Below are positions 27,037 to 36,544 of a DNA stretch of 64,000 nt, one piece after another; the stretch's first letter is position 1, and every line of letters begins with the position of its first letter. The DNA lies in NCBI GenBank assembly GCA_001771535.1, contig MEUB01000007.1, positions 1,386 through 65,385 on the forward strand, written 5' to 3'. Origin of the DNA: a candidate division WOR-1 bacterium RIFOXYB2_FULL_37_13 (GTDB lineage: Bacteria > Margulisbacteria > WOR-1 > XYC2-FULL-46-14 > XYC2-FULL-37-10). The notes beneath the pieces were generated by a model. The model did not search any database. It had not been told where the DNA came from and saw only the letters and a program-made list of their open reading frames with translations. A program made the translations under genes and the position numbers.

Positions 27037-28079
27037 GGGAATAATGCAATTCCTTTCAATCCAGATGTTTCATCCATACCAAACATCAAGTTCATATTCT
27101 GTATAGCCTGACCCGCGGCTCCTTTTATCAAATTATCAATCACGGACATTACAATTATAGTCTTCGTCTCGGAATTGATGGAAATTCCTATATCACAATA
27201 ATTTGTACCCGAAACATTTTTAGTACAAGGCTCTCCTGCTTCATAAACTCTTACAAACGGCACATCGGAGTAAAATTCTTTGTAACTTTCTAAAACATTG
27301 GATATTGAACATTGGACATTGGACATTCTTGCGTACACAGTAGCAAGTATCCCTCGGTTCATGGGAATAAGATGCGGAGTAAAAGTTGTGCTGATATTTT
27401 CCCCTCCTATCTTGCTTAATTGATAATTAATTTCCCCCATATGGCGATGATTGTTAACAGAATATGGAACAACCCCTTCGTCCCTTTCACAAAAATGGGT
27501 TTTAAGCGATAAGCCTCTCCCCGCGCCGGAAATCCCCGATTTCGCGTCAATAATAATAGATTCAATATTGATTAGTTTCTCTTTCACAAGAGGGGCCAGC
27601 CCCAAAATAGAAGCAGTCGGATAACATCCGGGGTTCCCTACCAGCCGCGCTTTTTTGATATCTTTGGCATAGATCTCCGGCAGGCCAAAAACCGCTTCTT
27701 TTAAAAGTTTTTTGTCCTGATGTTCAAGCTTATACCACTTTTTAAAAACCGCTTCATCGTTAAATCGATAATCAGCCCCAAGATCGACAACTTTTTTGCC
27801 TTCGTTAATAATTAAAGGAACATATTTTATGGAAAGCCCGTGAGGAAGAGCAAGGAAAACAACATCTATTTTTTTAATAAGTTCAGGTAAATCATCATAT
27901 GATTCCGACGCAAGATCACAAACTTTTTTTAAATGGGGATAACGATCCGCAATTTTTACGCCATTATTTTCATCCCCTGACATTATCCAAGCAACTTCCG
28001 CCTCGGCATGATTGAGCAGCAAAGAAAGAACTGTTTGTCCTGCATACCCTCCTACGCCTATAATTCCGACTTTTATCAT
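27033..28079 (-). CDS. argC: N-acetyl-gamma-glutamyl-phosphate reductase
   Basis: N-terminal Rossmann motif IIGVGGYAGQ and active-site GNPGCYPTA. Contains the heptamer repeat (MSNVQCSISN) at 27296-27326. Confidence 0.92.
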   Translation of the reverse strand: MIKVGIIGVGGYAGQTVLSLLLNHAEAEVAWIMSGDENNGVKIADRYPHLKKVCDLASESYDDLPELIKKIDVVFLALPHGLSIKYVPLIINEGKKVVDLGADYRFNDEAVFKKWYKLEHQDKKLLKEAVFGLPEIYAKDIKKARLVGNPGCYPTASILGLAPLVKEKLINIESIIIDAKSGISGAGRGLSLKTHFCERDEGVVPYSVNNHRHMGEINYQLSKIGGENISTTFTPHLIPMNRGILATVYARMSNVQCSISNVLESYKEFYSDVPFVRVYEAGEPCTKNVSGTNYCDIGISINSETKTIIVMSVIDNLIKGAAGQAIQNMNLMFGMDETSGLKGIALFP

Positions 28080-28095
28080 GACAGCTCCTTTTTTT

Positions 28096-28205
28096 TGTAC
28101 GGGCGTATCGCGATGCGACCCCCTGTACGGGCGTATCGCGATGCGATCCCCTGTACGGGCGTATCGCGATGCGATCCCCTGTACGGGCGTATCGCGATAC
28201 GCCCC
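28096..28205. repeat. 4 x 28-bp GC-rich tandem repeat with palindromic core
   Basis: Unit TGTACGGGCGTATCGCGATGCGATCCCC at 28096, 28124, 28152 and 28180. The last copy contains the perfect 20-nt palindrome GGGCGTATCGCGATACGCCC. It lies between the stop of the 716-aa gene and the argC start. There are no spacers. Confidence 0.9.
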
Positions 28206-30355
28206 TACCTTATCACCGCGATCTTCCCTCCCCCGACAACCCTGCCTCCCTGGACAACCTTAAACAAATACGCGCCATTTCCTAATGTGTCACCCCATGA
28301 ATTCTTGCCGTTAAATTCTACATTATTCTCGCCTGCTTGTCCTCCGTTTGTTCCTGATGGATACGTACTCTTCCAAACCAAAACTCCATTCATGTTCATT
28401 ATATATATCGTTGTATCCGCGGAACTGCTCAGCCAATACCAGATTCTTGCGCTCCCATTGTTTGGATTGTATGGATTTGGTCCAAACCTGAAACTATTTT
28501 CTGTTGTTATCCCCATTGGCACAAACGTTGTAAAATGGGTTGTTGTAAATGTTACGCTGTTTGTCGTATACGACACGATTGTTATTCCTCTTGTACTCCA
28601 GCTTGATGTTGTTGCATCCCAATAATATACTTTTGGGTTATTTGTTCCGCTCTCTATTGAAATAGTTACGGTCACCGGATTCAAAAACTCTGATGTTGGA
28701 CTGCTTGTAAGGCTTATCATCTTTCCTCCGATTTTAAATCCTGTTGGAGGATTGACAGGCTGTGTTATTTCCACAATTGTTACTTCTAAACTTGAAGATA
28801 CAGCATTTGCCGGAATTGTCACTGCAACTCCCAAACTACTGTCGCTAAACTCCTGCGTTGCGTGGGAGGTTGTTTCTGTGGTTGGAGTAGGTTCCGGTTC
28901 TGGCTCTGGGGTTGGCTCTGATGTTGGGGTTGCTGCAATTGATGTTATTGTCACCTCTCTCGTACTGCTAAATTCACTTGTATTATTGCTCGCATCCGTT
29001 TGTGTTACAGTTACGGTTTCTCCTGTTATAAATATTACTCCGCTTGACGAGATATCTAGTGTTGTCTCAAAACTTCCCAACGAATTAGATTCAACGCTTC
29101 CAAGATAATATCTCCCTTGATTCCCAGATGCTTTAAAGATTTCTACAACAGCATTTGATGTGCCTGTTCCTGTTATATTTAACATCTCACTTGTTCCTGC
29201 GTATGTCACGGATGTTATCTCGGGAGTTGGGATGTTTTGATTAGCACTATTTTTTAAGGTTATTCCCTTGTTGTAATTAGAATATATAGAATTTTGCGTG
29301 ATTTTGTTGTTTATATGTGAAACATTATCAATATAAATTCCACCAAGGGATTCACCGCTTCCATTACAAGCAATTAAATTTCTAGGGCCTATAATGTTAT
29401 TTCTAGCATTATTGACATAGCTTGGCAGTAAAATGCCGCATTGTGAGTTAGTAAGATTTGTAATCCCATCTGGGTTGACGCCTATGTAATTACCTGACAC
29501 CTCATTCCCTACTACATCTGCCATAAAAATCCCTGTCCTATTGCCTGAAATTATATTCCTTCCATTTTCCATCCCATTTCCTATTATATTACTATCCCCA
29601 TCATTTAGGTTTATTCCAATATAGTTAGCCACAGAGAAATATCCTGAGGCTGATGTTCCAATATAATTTCCAAAAACTTCATTACTGTTTGAGCTAATTA
29701 ACAGTCCCGAGCTGTTGCCTGAAATTATATTCCTTTCACTTTGATTTATCCCTCCTATAATGTTAAAAGTACTGTTACCTTGAATTGTTATTCCATAATA
29801 ATTTCCACATATCCCCTCGCCTGAAGCAGTTACGCCTACATAGCATGATTTTATAACATTTCTATTCCCATCAAATATTTGTATGCCACTTTGGGCAATA
29901 TGAATACCTGAAAAATTAACTATCACTAGCCCCTCTATTGTGCAATTGCTAGCACCACTTAACATTAGTCCATCTATTTCTCCTGCAGTACCCCTTATCT
30001 CCACCTCCGGCCCCAACGCGTTATTGTTTCCCTCGCTTGTAGGCTGGCTAAATCCTTTTATGTATATATTATTTTTACTTATCATAGGCAATTCGGAATT
30101 AACTATTATCCTAAACCATTTATTGCTCCCTGCTTCGTTTGTCACAACCCCCGCCGAGTATTCCCCCGTCGACGCGGTTGTATCCCACGGTATATTAAAC
30201 TCTATGGCATCCCCCGTCGTAACATCCGTCAACGCCTGCCGCAATGACCCAGCGCCGCTGTCGGCACAGTTTGTTACAGTCAGCGTCACAGCAAAACTAA
30301 ACGACTGAAAAAATACCAAGAAGCAAAAGACGAAAAAGATGATTTTTGATTTCAT
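28205..30355 (-). CDS. Secreted right-handed beta-helix (NosD/CASH-like) repeat protein with Thr/Pro linker and FlgD-Ig/T9SS-CTD-like C-terminal domain
   Basis: Signal peptide MKSKIIFFVFCFLVFFQSFSFA. Many GN.IGxN..GI repeats. Linker TPTSEPTPEPEPEPTPTTE. C-terminus GPNPYNPNNGSARIWYWL..GAYLFKVV..KIAVIR. Confidence 0.65.
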   Translation of the reverse strand: MKSKIIFFVFCFLVFFQSFSFAVTLTVTNCADSGAGSLRQALTDVTTGDAIEFNIPWDTTASTGEYSAGVVTNEAGSNKWFRIIVNSELPMISKNNIYIKGFSQPTSEGNNNALGPEVEIRGTAGEIDGLMLSGASNCTIEGLVIVNFSGIHIAQSGIQIFDGNRNVIKSCYVGVTASGEGICGNYYGITIQGNSTFNIIGGINQSERNIISGNSSGLLISSNSNEVFGNYIGTSASGYFSVANYIGINLNDGDSNIIGNGMENGRNIISGNRTGIFMADVVGNEVSGNYIGVNPDGITNLTNSQCGILLPSYVNNARNNIIGPRNLIACNGSGESLGGIYIDNVSHINNKITQNSIYSNYNKGITLKNSANQNIPTPEITSVTYAGTSEMLNITGTGTSNAVVEIFKASGNQGRYYLGSVESNSLGSFETTLDISSSGVIFITGETVTVTQTDASNNTSEFSSTREVTITSIAATPTSEPTPEPEPEPTPTTETTSHATQEFSDSSLGVAVTIPANAVSSSLEVTIVEITQPVNPPTGFKIGGKMISLTSSPTSEFLNPVTVTISIESGTNNPKVYYWDATTSSWSTRGITIVSYTTNSVTFTTTHFTTFVPMGITTENSFRFGPNPYNPNNGSARIWYWLSSSADTTIYIMNMNGVLVWKSTYPSGTNGGQAGENNVEFNGKNSWGDTLGNGAYLFKVVQGGRVVGGGKIAVIR

Positions 30356-30416
30356 GATTTATTTGCTCCTTTTACTATCTTCTAAATGAACTATTTGTTC
30401 AACCGCGTTTTTTGGA

Positions 30417-30923
30417 TTATTTGTATCTCTTGACTTCAAACTTAAACAATTCAACAGCTTCGTCTTTCCCTATTCCGCCCTTGCGCCTGCAAATTTCAAT
30501 TTGTTCTTCCGGCGTGTTGACTCCTTCTAAATCAGGGAGAAGCAAGCCGCGCCTCATTTGAGCTTTTACTATAACACCAAAACGTTTTGAATCCAATTCA
30601 GAAACACTATGAACAGGAACAGGATCAGTTAAGATATCTACAGAAATCTTAAGATATGGCAGCTCTTCTTTTGTTACTGGAGGAAACCGCGGATCAAAGG
30701 TCGCAGCCTCTATAGCATTTCGAATAATCTCTTCCACAATACTATCGGTAGTAGGGGCAAAAGTCCCAATGCAGCCTCTAAGAGCATTGTCTTTTTTTAT
30801 AGAAACAAAAACGCCTGCAACTCCCTTAATCTCCGATAAAAGTTTTTTATCGGGCAAAAGTTTCTTTTTCTCTTTCACATAAAGTTCTATTGCATTTCTT
30901 GCCAATTCAACTATTTTATTCAA
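30417..30923 (-). CDS. AMMECR1 domain protein
   Basis: GVFVSIKKDNALRGCIGTFAPT and LLPDLEGV match the AMMECR1 core. Confidence 0.75.
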   Translation of the reverse strand: MNKIVELARNAIELYVKEKKKLLPDKKLLSEIKGVAGVFVSIKKDNALRGCIGTFAPTTDSIVEEIIRNAIEAATFDPRFPPVTKEELPYLKISVDILTDPVPVHSVSELDSKRFGVIVKAQMRRGLLLPDLEGVNTPEEQIEICRRKGGIGKDEAVELFKFEVKRYK

Positions 30924-31695
30924 ATTTTGCCACCATGTACCCTACACCAAAAGGCCCTTCGTATGACAAAACTTCCTGCTTTAAATTAATCCCATCTATA
31001 GCCCCAAGAAGAAGGGCAATAGACCACAAGGCATCCTGTCCCGCAGAAGAAGCAAGTCCAACAGGAAAATCAAGTATTTTTTTAACATCATATTTTTTTA
31101 TGAGATCAACAAGTTTTTCATCAAATTCTTTTCCGCTCGGGTGATAGCCCGAAGGAGCCTCTTTTGTTAAGCGATGAGACATGTCCGCTGAAGCTATAAT
31201 TACAACCCGACGATTAAGTTTTTCGGCCGCCTGCGCGATCATTTTTCCATAGAAAAATAGCTGCTTTAAAGATAAAAAAGCTATCGCTATCGGAAGAATC
31301 GGTTTGTGGATTCCAGCTTTCGCAATAAAATATAACGGAACAAGGGCTCCATGGTCAAGAATTGTTTCAGGAATTCTTGCCGTATTTTCAGGATTATTTT
31401 TTACTATGGCAAGCGCAAGTTCGGTATCCCCTTTAAAATGAAACGAAACTTCGGGAGCTCCAAATGCCGAAAAATCCCCGTCAAATACAGGGCTGCCATA
31501 TACAGGCAGTGCGACACTGGAAACAGCGCCATGAGGAGTTATTACAATTAACGTATCAAAGTCTTTGCTCTTTATGAGGCTTGAAATTTCATGTAAAGAC
31601 TTTTCTGAACACTTAGCCTCTTTTATTCTTTCGCCTCCGATTTCAGGGATAAGAATAGGAGGATGAGGCATTATTGCGCCAAAAATTATGGACAT
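30916..31695 (-). CDS. Memo/LigB-like class III extradiol dioxygenase family protein
   Basis: MSIIFGAIMPHPPILIPEIGG is typical of the LigB/Memo superfamily. The ORF opens at 31731, but the ATG at 31695 is the conserved N-terminus. Confidence 0.6.
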   Translation of the reverse strand: MSIIFGAIMPHPPILIPEIGGERIKEAKCSEKSLHEISSLIKSKDFDTLIVITPHGAVSSVALPVYGSPVFDGDFSAFGAPEVSFHFKGDTELALAIVKNNPENTARIPETILDHGALVPLYFIAKAGIHKPILPIAIAFLSLKQLFFYGKMIAQAAEKLNRRVVIIASADMSHRLTKEAPSGYHPSGKEFDEKLVDLIKKYDVKKILDFPVGLASSAGQDALWSIALLLGAIDGINLKQEVLSYEGPFGVGYMVAKFE

Positions 31696-31735
31696 GGACA
31701 CATAGTATAACAAACTGTTATAATAATTCAAGATT

Positions 31736-33064
31736 ATGTTAAAAATTTCAATTTCAGGGATACGTGGAATGGTGCCTGACTCGTTAACTCCAGAAGTATG
31801 CCTTAATTTTGCAAAAGCGTTTGGAACTTACATGCAGGGAGAAACAATTGTCGTAGGCACAGATACAAGATCTTCTTCTGAATTTATAAAAGGAATTGTT
31901 CTTCAAGGCTTATTGTCCTCTGGCTGCAAAGTCATAGATTTGGGGGTAGCAACAACCCCAACGGTTGGAATTGTCGTTAGAGAACTACAGGCTCAGGGGG
32001 GGCTTGTTGTAACTGCTTCCCATAATCCTGAGCCATGGAATGGGTTGAAATTTATACGCAAGGACGGGATCTTCTTGAATTCTCAACAGACAAAAAAGCT
32101 TTTAGAAATTTATGAAAACAAAACATTTGAAGAAGCTCCGGGCGGAAGCGCAAAAACTTACAACAAAGCATCGGAAATTCATATAAATAAAATACTAAAA
32201 GCTATAGATCCAAAAAAAATACGCAAGGCAAAATTCAAAGTAGTTATAGATTCATGCAATGGCGCCGGATCTGTAATAACTCCCCTTCTCTTAAAAGAGC
32301 TCGGATGTATTGTCATTGAACTTAATACCAACACAAAAAAACTTTTCCCGAGAGGAGCAGAGCCAACGCCTGAGAATTTGACAGAACTTGCCGCCATTGT
32401 AAAAAAAGAAGGAGCCGATATTGGGTTTGCCCAGGATCCGGACGCGGACAGGCTTGCAATTGTGACAGAAACAGGGGTTCCTGTATCAGAGGAATATACT
32501 TTGGCTTTATCTGTAAAATACATCCTCCAAACAACTTCTTCATCAAGAAGAATAGTGGTTACAAACCTTTCTACAACTTCGGCAATCGACCATATAGCGC
32601 GCGAATTTGGAGCTGTCGTCATACGCACAAAAATCGGGGAAGTGCATGTCGCGGAAGAAATTAAAGCAAAAAAAGCGCTTATAGGAGGAGAAGGGAATGG
32701 GGGGGTAATCTATCCAAAGGTCGGATTTAACAGGGACAGTTTATCAGGCATAGCGCTTATTTTAATGTATCTTGCGAATCAAAAAAATAAAATAAGTGAA
32801 CTTGTTGGGGCTATTCCAGAGTACGTGCTCATAAAAAAGAAGATAACCTGCGATTCTTCCCGCGAAGCTCTCGATTTTCTGGAAAACTCAAAGTTGAAAT
32901 TTCAAAAAGATTCTTTGGATTTAACAGAAGGAGTAAAAGTAATCAGAAAAATCGGATGGCTTCATTTAAGAGCCTCAAATACTGAACCGATAATTAGGAT
33001 ATTTGCAGAATGCAAAGACAAAAAAACAGCGGAAGAGTTTATTCAAGAAGCCCTAGAGTCTTAA
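31736..33064 (+). CDS. alpha-D-phosphohexomutase (phosphoglucosamine/phosphomannomutase type)
   Basis: Active-site TASHNPEPWNGLKF, metal loop FAQDPDADR, sugar-binding GGEGNGG. No Shine-Dalgarno; TATAAT (31719-31724) sits about 11 nt before the ATG. Confidence 0.85.
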   Translation: MLKISISGIRGMVPDSLTPEVCLNFAKAFGTYMQGETIVVGTDTRSSSEFIKGIVLQGLLSSGCKVIDLGVATTPTVGIVVRELQAQGGLVVTASHNPEPWNGLKFIRKDGIFLNSQQTKKLLEIYENKTFEEAPGGSAKTYNKASEIHINKILKAIDPKKIRKAKFKVVIDSCNGAGSVITPLLLKELGCIVIELNTNTKKLFPRGAEPTPENLTELAAIVKKEGADIGFAQDPDADRLAIVTETGVPVSEEYTLALSVKYILQTTSSSRRIVVTNLSTTSAIDHIAREFGAVVIRTKIGEVHVAEEIKAKKALIGGEGNGGVIYPKVGFNRDSLSGIALILMYLANQKNKISELVGAIPEYVLIKKKITCDSSREALDFLENSKLKFQKDSLDLTEGVKVIRKIGWLHLRASNTEPIIRIFAECKDKKTAEEFIQEALES

Positions 33065-34319
33065 TCCTTTCAGAAAATACTGCATGAGGTATATCTAAAA
33101 ATCGTCCCGCGACATTAGGGTTTTGGTTGACTTTTTCCATAACAATTTCTATCAGCCCTTTTTCAAACCTGGCTCTTACTTCGTTCAGGCTATATTTTTG
33201 ATGCGCAAAAATTTTATTCTGTATTACGTTTTTAAAAAATGAAAGATCAACAGGCAAGTTTTTGAAATTTAAAACTTCAGACCCCGGGAAGCGCGAAGCT
33301 GCAATTTGAATTAAATCCCTTAATTCATCATAGTTGCCCGGAAAATCGTAATACATCAAAAAATCAAAGACTTCAGGCGCAATATATTTAATCTGAGGTG
33401 TATATTTTTTAAGATAGGATAACGCAATAATAGGGATATCTTCGCGGCGGGACCGAAGAGTTGGCAATTGAAAAATTTCAAATCCCGAAAAAAGCTCTCT
33501 ATTATTTCCGGACAAAATTATTCTTATAGGGCTTTTTTTGTTTTTGATGAATTGAATCACGCTCATGCGAAAAGCGTCAGGAATAAATTCAATCCCGGAG
33601 AGAAAAATAGTACCGGGAAGATTGCTTTTATTGTAAAATTCTTCCTCGTCTGAAGAAGAAAGAAGTTCTTTTAATGTAAGAAAAAAATGAGATTCGGAAA
33701 CATCTTTATCAAACGAAGTAAGATCAATCAAAGCAAAACGCCTATCTGAATTTTTCCCGTGCCTATGCAAAAGCTTCGCGATATTTTCTCTGTTAATGCC
33801 TTTTTCAGAACATATTGCCAGATCAGTTGTTCCGATAGCAAAACGTTTGATATTTTCAAGAGTGGTTGATATTACCTGGCTAACCCCTCTTAACCACTCT
33901 GTATCATCTAATCCAGCAAGATCAAGGTCAAATATCTCATATGTTTTTACCGCTCTGTCTATTGCCTTGGATAAAATAGCAAAGTCAAAAGGCTTGCGCA
34001 AAAAGTCCATGACGCCAAGCTTAGTCGCCTGAACCGCGAGAGGAATGCTGTTTGACGAAGAAAACATTATGGTTTTATTTGAAGGAACTATTTGTCTAAG
34101 GTCACGAAAAACAAGTAATCCGTCTTTTTCTTTAAGGTCAAAATCAATTAAAATAAGAGCATATTTAAAACCGGATGCCTTTTGAAGAAAATTTTCGCTT
34201 TCTGCAACAGTGGTTATTTCATAATCAGGCAAAGCATCTACAATCTTTTCTGCAATTTCAGGATCATCTTCCAATAAAAGAATTTTTTCGTTTGTTTTAT
34301 TAATTACACCTTTTGCCAT
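33039..34319 (-). CDS. NtrC-like response regulator with degenerate AAA+ core and Fis-type HTH
   Basis: REC domain with acceptor Asp in LILIDFDL and K in LRKPF. The central domain aligns to sigma-54 activators, but Walker A is ICSEKGINRE, Walker B is FLSGIEFI and there is no GAFTGA. C-terminal HTH AGRFLDIPHAVFSERIKTLGL. Confidence 0.7.
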   Translation of the reverse strand: MAKGVINKTNEKILLLEDDPEIAEKIVDALPDYEITTVAESENFLQKASGFKYALILIDFDLKEKDGLLVFRDLRQIVPSNKTIMFSSSNSIPLAVQATKLGVMDFLRKPFDFAILSKAIDRAVKTYEIFDLDLAGLDDTEWLRGVSQVISTTLENIKRFAIGTTDLAICSEKGINRENIAKLLHRHGKNSDRRFALIDLTSFDKDVSESHFFLTLKELLSSSDEEEFYNKSNLPGTIFLSGIEFIPDAFRMSVIQFIKNKKSPIRIILSGNNRELFSGFEIFQLPTLRSRREDIPIIALSYLKKYTPQIKYIAPEVFDFLMYYDFPGNYDELRDLIQIAASRFPGSEVLNFKNLPVDLSFFKNVIQNKIFAHQKYSLNEVRARFEKGLIEIVMEKVNQNPNVAGRFLDIPHAVFSERIKTLGLLE

Positions 34320-34334
34320 TGGCTTTAGATTATA

Positions 34335-35099
34335 TCAATTTCCGATTAAAGGGTAAAGTTGTTTTTTTATCCCATGGCAATTTCCAAAATAGATCTCATA
34401 AGTAACGCAAATATTACGACCAAAATCAGGAAATAAAGAAGCTATCTTGCTTTTAGTAAAAAGCCCCTTGTTTTTTGCTCCAAAAGAATATCTTGCGCCT
34501 ATACCTTTAAGATACGCAAACAAGTCAAATATGCTCTGATATTTTTTCTTTACTATCATCTTATTAATTGATATTTCATCAAAACAAGAAGATAAAAGCC
34601 CGTAAAGTTTTTCTTTAGGCAAAAAATTATTGACAGAAAAACCGGCCTGTTTTAATTCGCAAAAAGTCGCAGGCCCGTAGGTAGAAAAGCAAAAAGTCCC
34701 TTTTGGCTGTAAAACGCGCGCGATTTCCAGAAAAAATTTTTCGCAATTCATCCATTGCATTGAAGCATTTGATATGACAAGATCAAATTGCGAGTCTTCT
34801 AGAGGAATTTCTTCTCCATCGCCAAGCATAAAATCGATATTATTATTTCCCCTTTTCCCCAAAGAGGCCTGTTTAATCATTCCGGGAGCTATATCTATCC
34901 CAGTCACTTTAGCCTCAGGAAATTTTTTTGAGGCTTCTATAGTAGAAAAGCCTGTTCCACATCCTACATCTAATATGTTTTGAAATGCAAAAGACAAATT
35001 ACTCAAAAGAGCCGCTATCATTTCTTTCTGGATATCAGCATATTGATCATAAGTTGGGGCGCTTTTTGAAAAATTATTTTTTATTTTGTCTTTGTCCAT
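34335..35099 (-). CDS. Class I SAM-dependent methyltransferase, BioC-like
   Basis: FSKSAPTYDQYADIQKEM, motif I ILDVGCGTGFST, post-I TGIDIAPGM. Confidence 0.7.
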   Translation of the reverse strand: MDKDKIKNNFSKSAPTYDQYADIQKEMIAALLSNLSFAFQNILDVGCGTGFSTIEASKKFPEAKVTGIDIAPGMIKQASLGKRGNNNIDFMLGDGEEIPLEDSQFDLVISNASMQWMNCEKFFLEIARVLQPKGTFCFSTYGPATFCELKQAGFSVNNFLPKEKLYGLLSSCFDEISINKMIVKKKYQSIFDLFAYLKGIGARYSFGAKNKGLFTKSKIASLFPDFGRNICVTYEIYFGNCHGIKKQLYPLIGN

Positions 35100-35128
35100 A
35101 GTTATTTTTTATATTATGGCACAAAACA

Positions 35129-35974
35129 CTAACCTTCATCAAAGACCTCTTTTTGCATAAACCCATATTTTCTCAAAAACGTATAATCGCCCAATAAAGC
35201 TGCTTTATTGGCAATTCTGCGGAATTTGGGGTTTTGATTGACATACCATTCATAGGCCCACGCAAAGGCCTCAAGCGGGTTTTCGTCCATTGGGTGCTTT
35301 TTGTCCTTGCTAAGCTTTAAAACAATCTCGCCAAAAACATCACTGTTCATGGCAAGCGATTTCATGGTAAACCGATCTATTACAGATTCCCAGTCTTCTT
35401 TATCCAAATCGACTTTTTTTAATCCGATCTGATGCAGTTTATTTCCCGGAATAAAAAACTTTCTAAATTCACTCATATTATAGCCGGCTTTTTTAACAAA
35501 CTCCATAAACTCTTTAAACTCAAGGTTAAAATGAGAAACTGCATGTCCCACCTCATGCACCAAAACTTGGGGGATCTCCTGAGGTTCGGTATTGTCAAAA
35601 ATATAAACTCGTTTGCTATCCGCGTCATAAGCCCCTCCCGCGTCAATTCTTAATCCAGAAAGCAAACGAATCCGATGTTCGCGGTTCTTGATAATCTGCT
35701 TAACTCCCATCAAATGCTGGCGTTTCTTTTTTTGAATCTCCTCAAGAGTCTCACCAATTATCGCAACCTCAATGGCTGAAAATTTAACATCGGAATCAAC
35801 AATAAAAACGCCAAACTCTTTTGCTATTTTTTTGCGTAAAATTATCCCCTCAGGAATAACTATAGGCTGAGTATTTATTCCCTGAATCCCAAGTTGATTA
35901 TAGGGAAGCGAAACTCCTGCCCGATTTATTCCATACGCGCCGATACTGTTTGGATTTATAGGATCAATAGCCAA
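35129..35974 (-). CDS. Putative zinc metalloprotease (HExxH) without signal peptide
   Basis: VLVHEVGHAVSH motif. TTG start (35974-35972) after RBS GGGAGATGG. N-terminus AIDPINPNSIGAYGINRAG is low-complexity. Confidence 0.5.
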   Translation of the reverse strand: MAIDPINPNSIGAYGINRAGVSLPYNQLGIQGINTQPIVIPEGIILRKKIAKEFGVFIVDSDVKFSAIEVAIIGETLEEIQKKKRQHLMGVKQIIKNREHRIRLLSGLRIDAGGAYDADSKRVYIFDNTEPQEIPQVLVHEVGHAVSHFNLEFKEFMEFVKKAGYNMSEFRKFFIPGNKLHQIGLKKVDLDKEDWESVIDRFTMKSLAMNSDVFGEIVLKLSKDKKHPMDENPLEAFAWAYEWYVNQNPKFRRIANKAALLGDYTFLRKYGFMQKEVFDEG

Positions 35975-36077
35975 GACACACCATCTCCCGTTCTAATCAT
36001 CGTAAGAAACAGGTTAAATCTTGCAATTTATAAAAAATCATGAGAAAATAAATCCCCGCGTCAAAAAGGGTAGTTAT

Positions 36078-36419
36078 ATGGCAAAGAAAAAAATGACACA
36101 AGACCATTTTGAAATTATATTGGAAGACATTAATTCCAAAATTGATCTTATTCTTGAAAAAGATTACGTTTCAAAAAGCGACCTGCAAAACACTGAAGAC
36201 AGATTAATGGAAAAAATTGACACAAATAGCCTTGCCATAAAAGCAAACAATTTTGCAATCAAAGCATTAAACAATAAAATTGATGAGGTCGAAATAAGGT
36301 TATCCAAAAGAATTGATGAGGTTGGTCAGAAAATAGATAGGGTTGAAACAAATTTAAGCGATAAAATTGATGAGGTTAAAGAAATTCTCATCCATCATAT
36401 GGCTCTTCCTGTACATTAA
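36078..36419 (+). CDS. Small coiled-coil protein with KIDEV repeats
   Basis: Repeated NKIDEVEIRLSKRIDEVGQKIDRVETNLSDKIDEVKE. Start chosen at the ATG at 36078 (MAKKKM..). Confidence 0.5.
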   Translation: MAKKKMTQDHFEIILEDINSKIDLILEKDYVSKSDLQNTEDRLMEKIDTNSLAIKANNFAIKALNNKIDEVEIRLSKRIDEVGQKIDRVETNLSDKIDEVKEILIHHMALPVH

Positions 36420-36544
36420 CTCGAGTTACCCCCCCAAAAATTTGACAAACTCCTGTTCATAAGTTATTATTTTAAATAATTAAATAAAATATAAATTATT
36501 TTCATATAAAAACCGGTCCGCTTATTATAAGGGAGGAAATAAAA

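Noticed and set aside
28096-28205. Possible CRISPR array (28-nt repeats)
   Set aside because: The repeats are directly adjacent with no spacers, there are only four units, and no cas genes or leader are nearby. It is a tandem repeat, not a CRISPR.
28008-28625. 205-aa and 83-aa plus-strand ORFs spanning the repeat
   Set aside because: They are translation artefacts of the GC-rich tandem repeat (periodic ..YRDAIPCTGVSRCDPLYGRIA..) and of the antisense strands of argC and the beta-helix gene.
36420-36544. SAM riboswitch upstream of metK
   Set aside because: The leader is about 100 nt of AT-rich sequence after a TTGACA-N17-TATTAT promoter. It lacks the conserved S-box or SAM-II helices and GC-rich cores.
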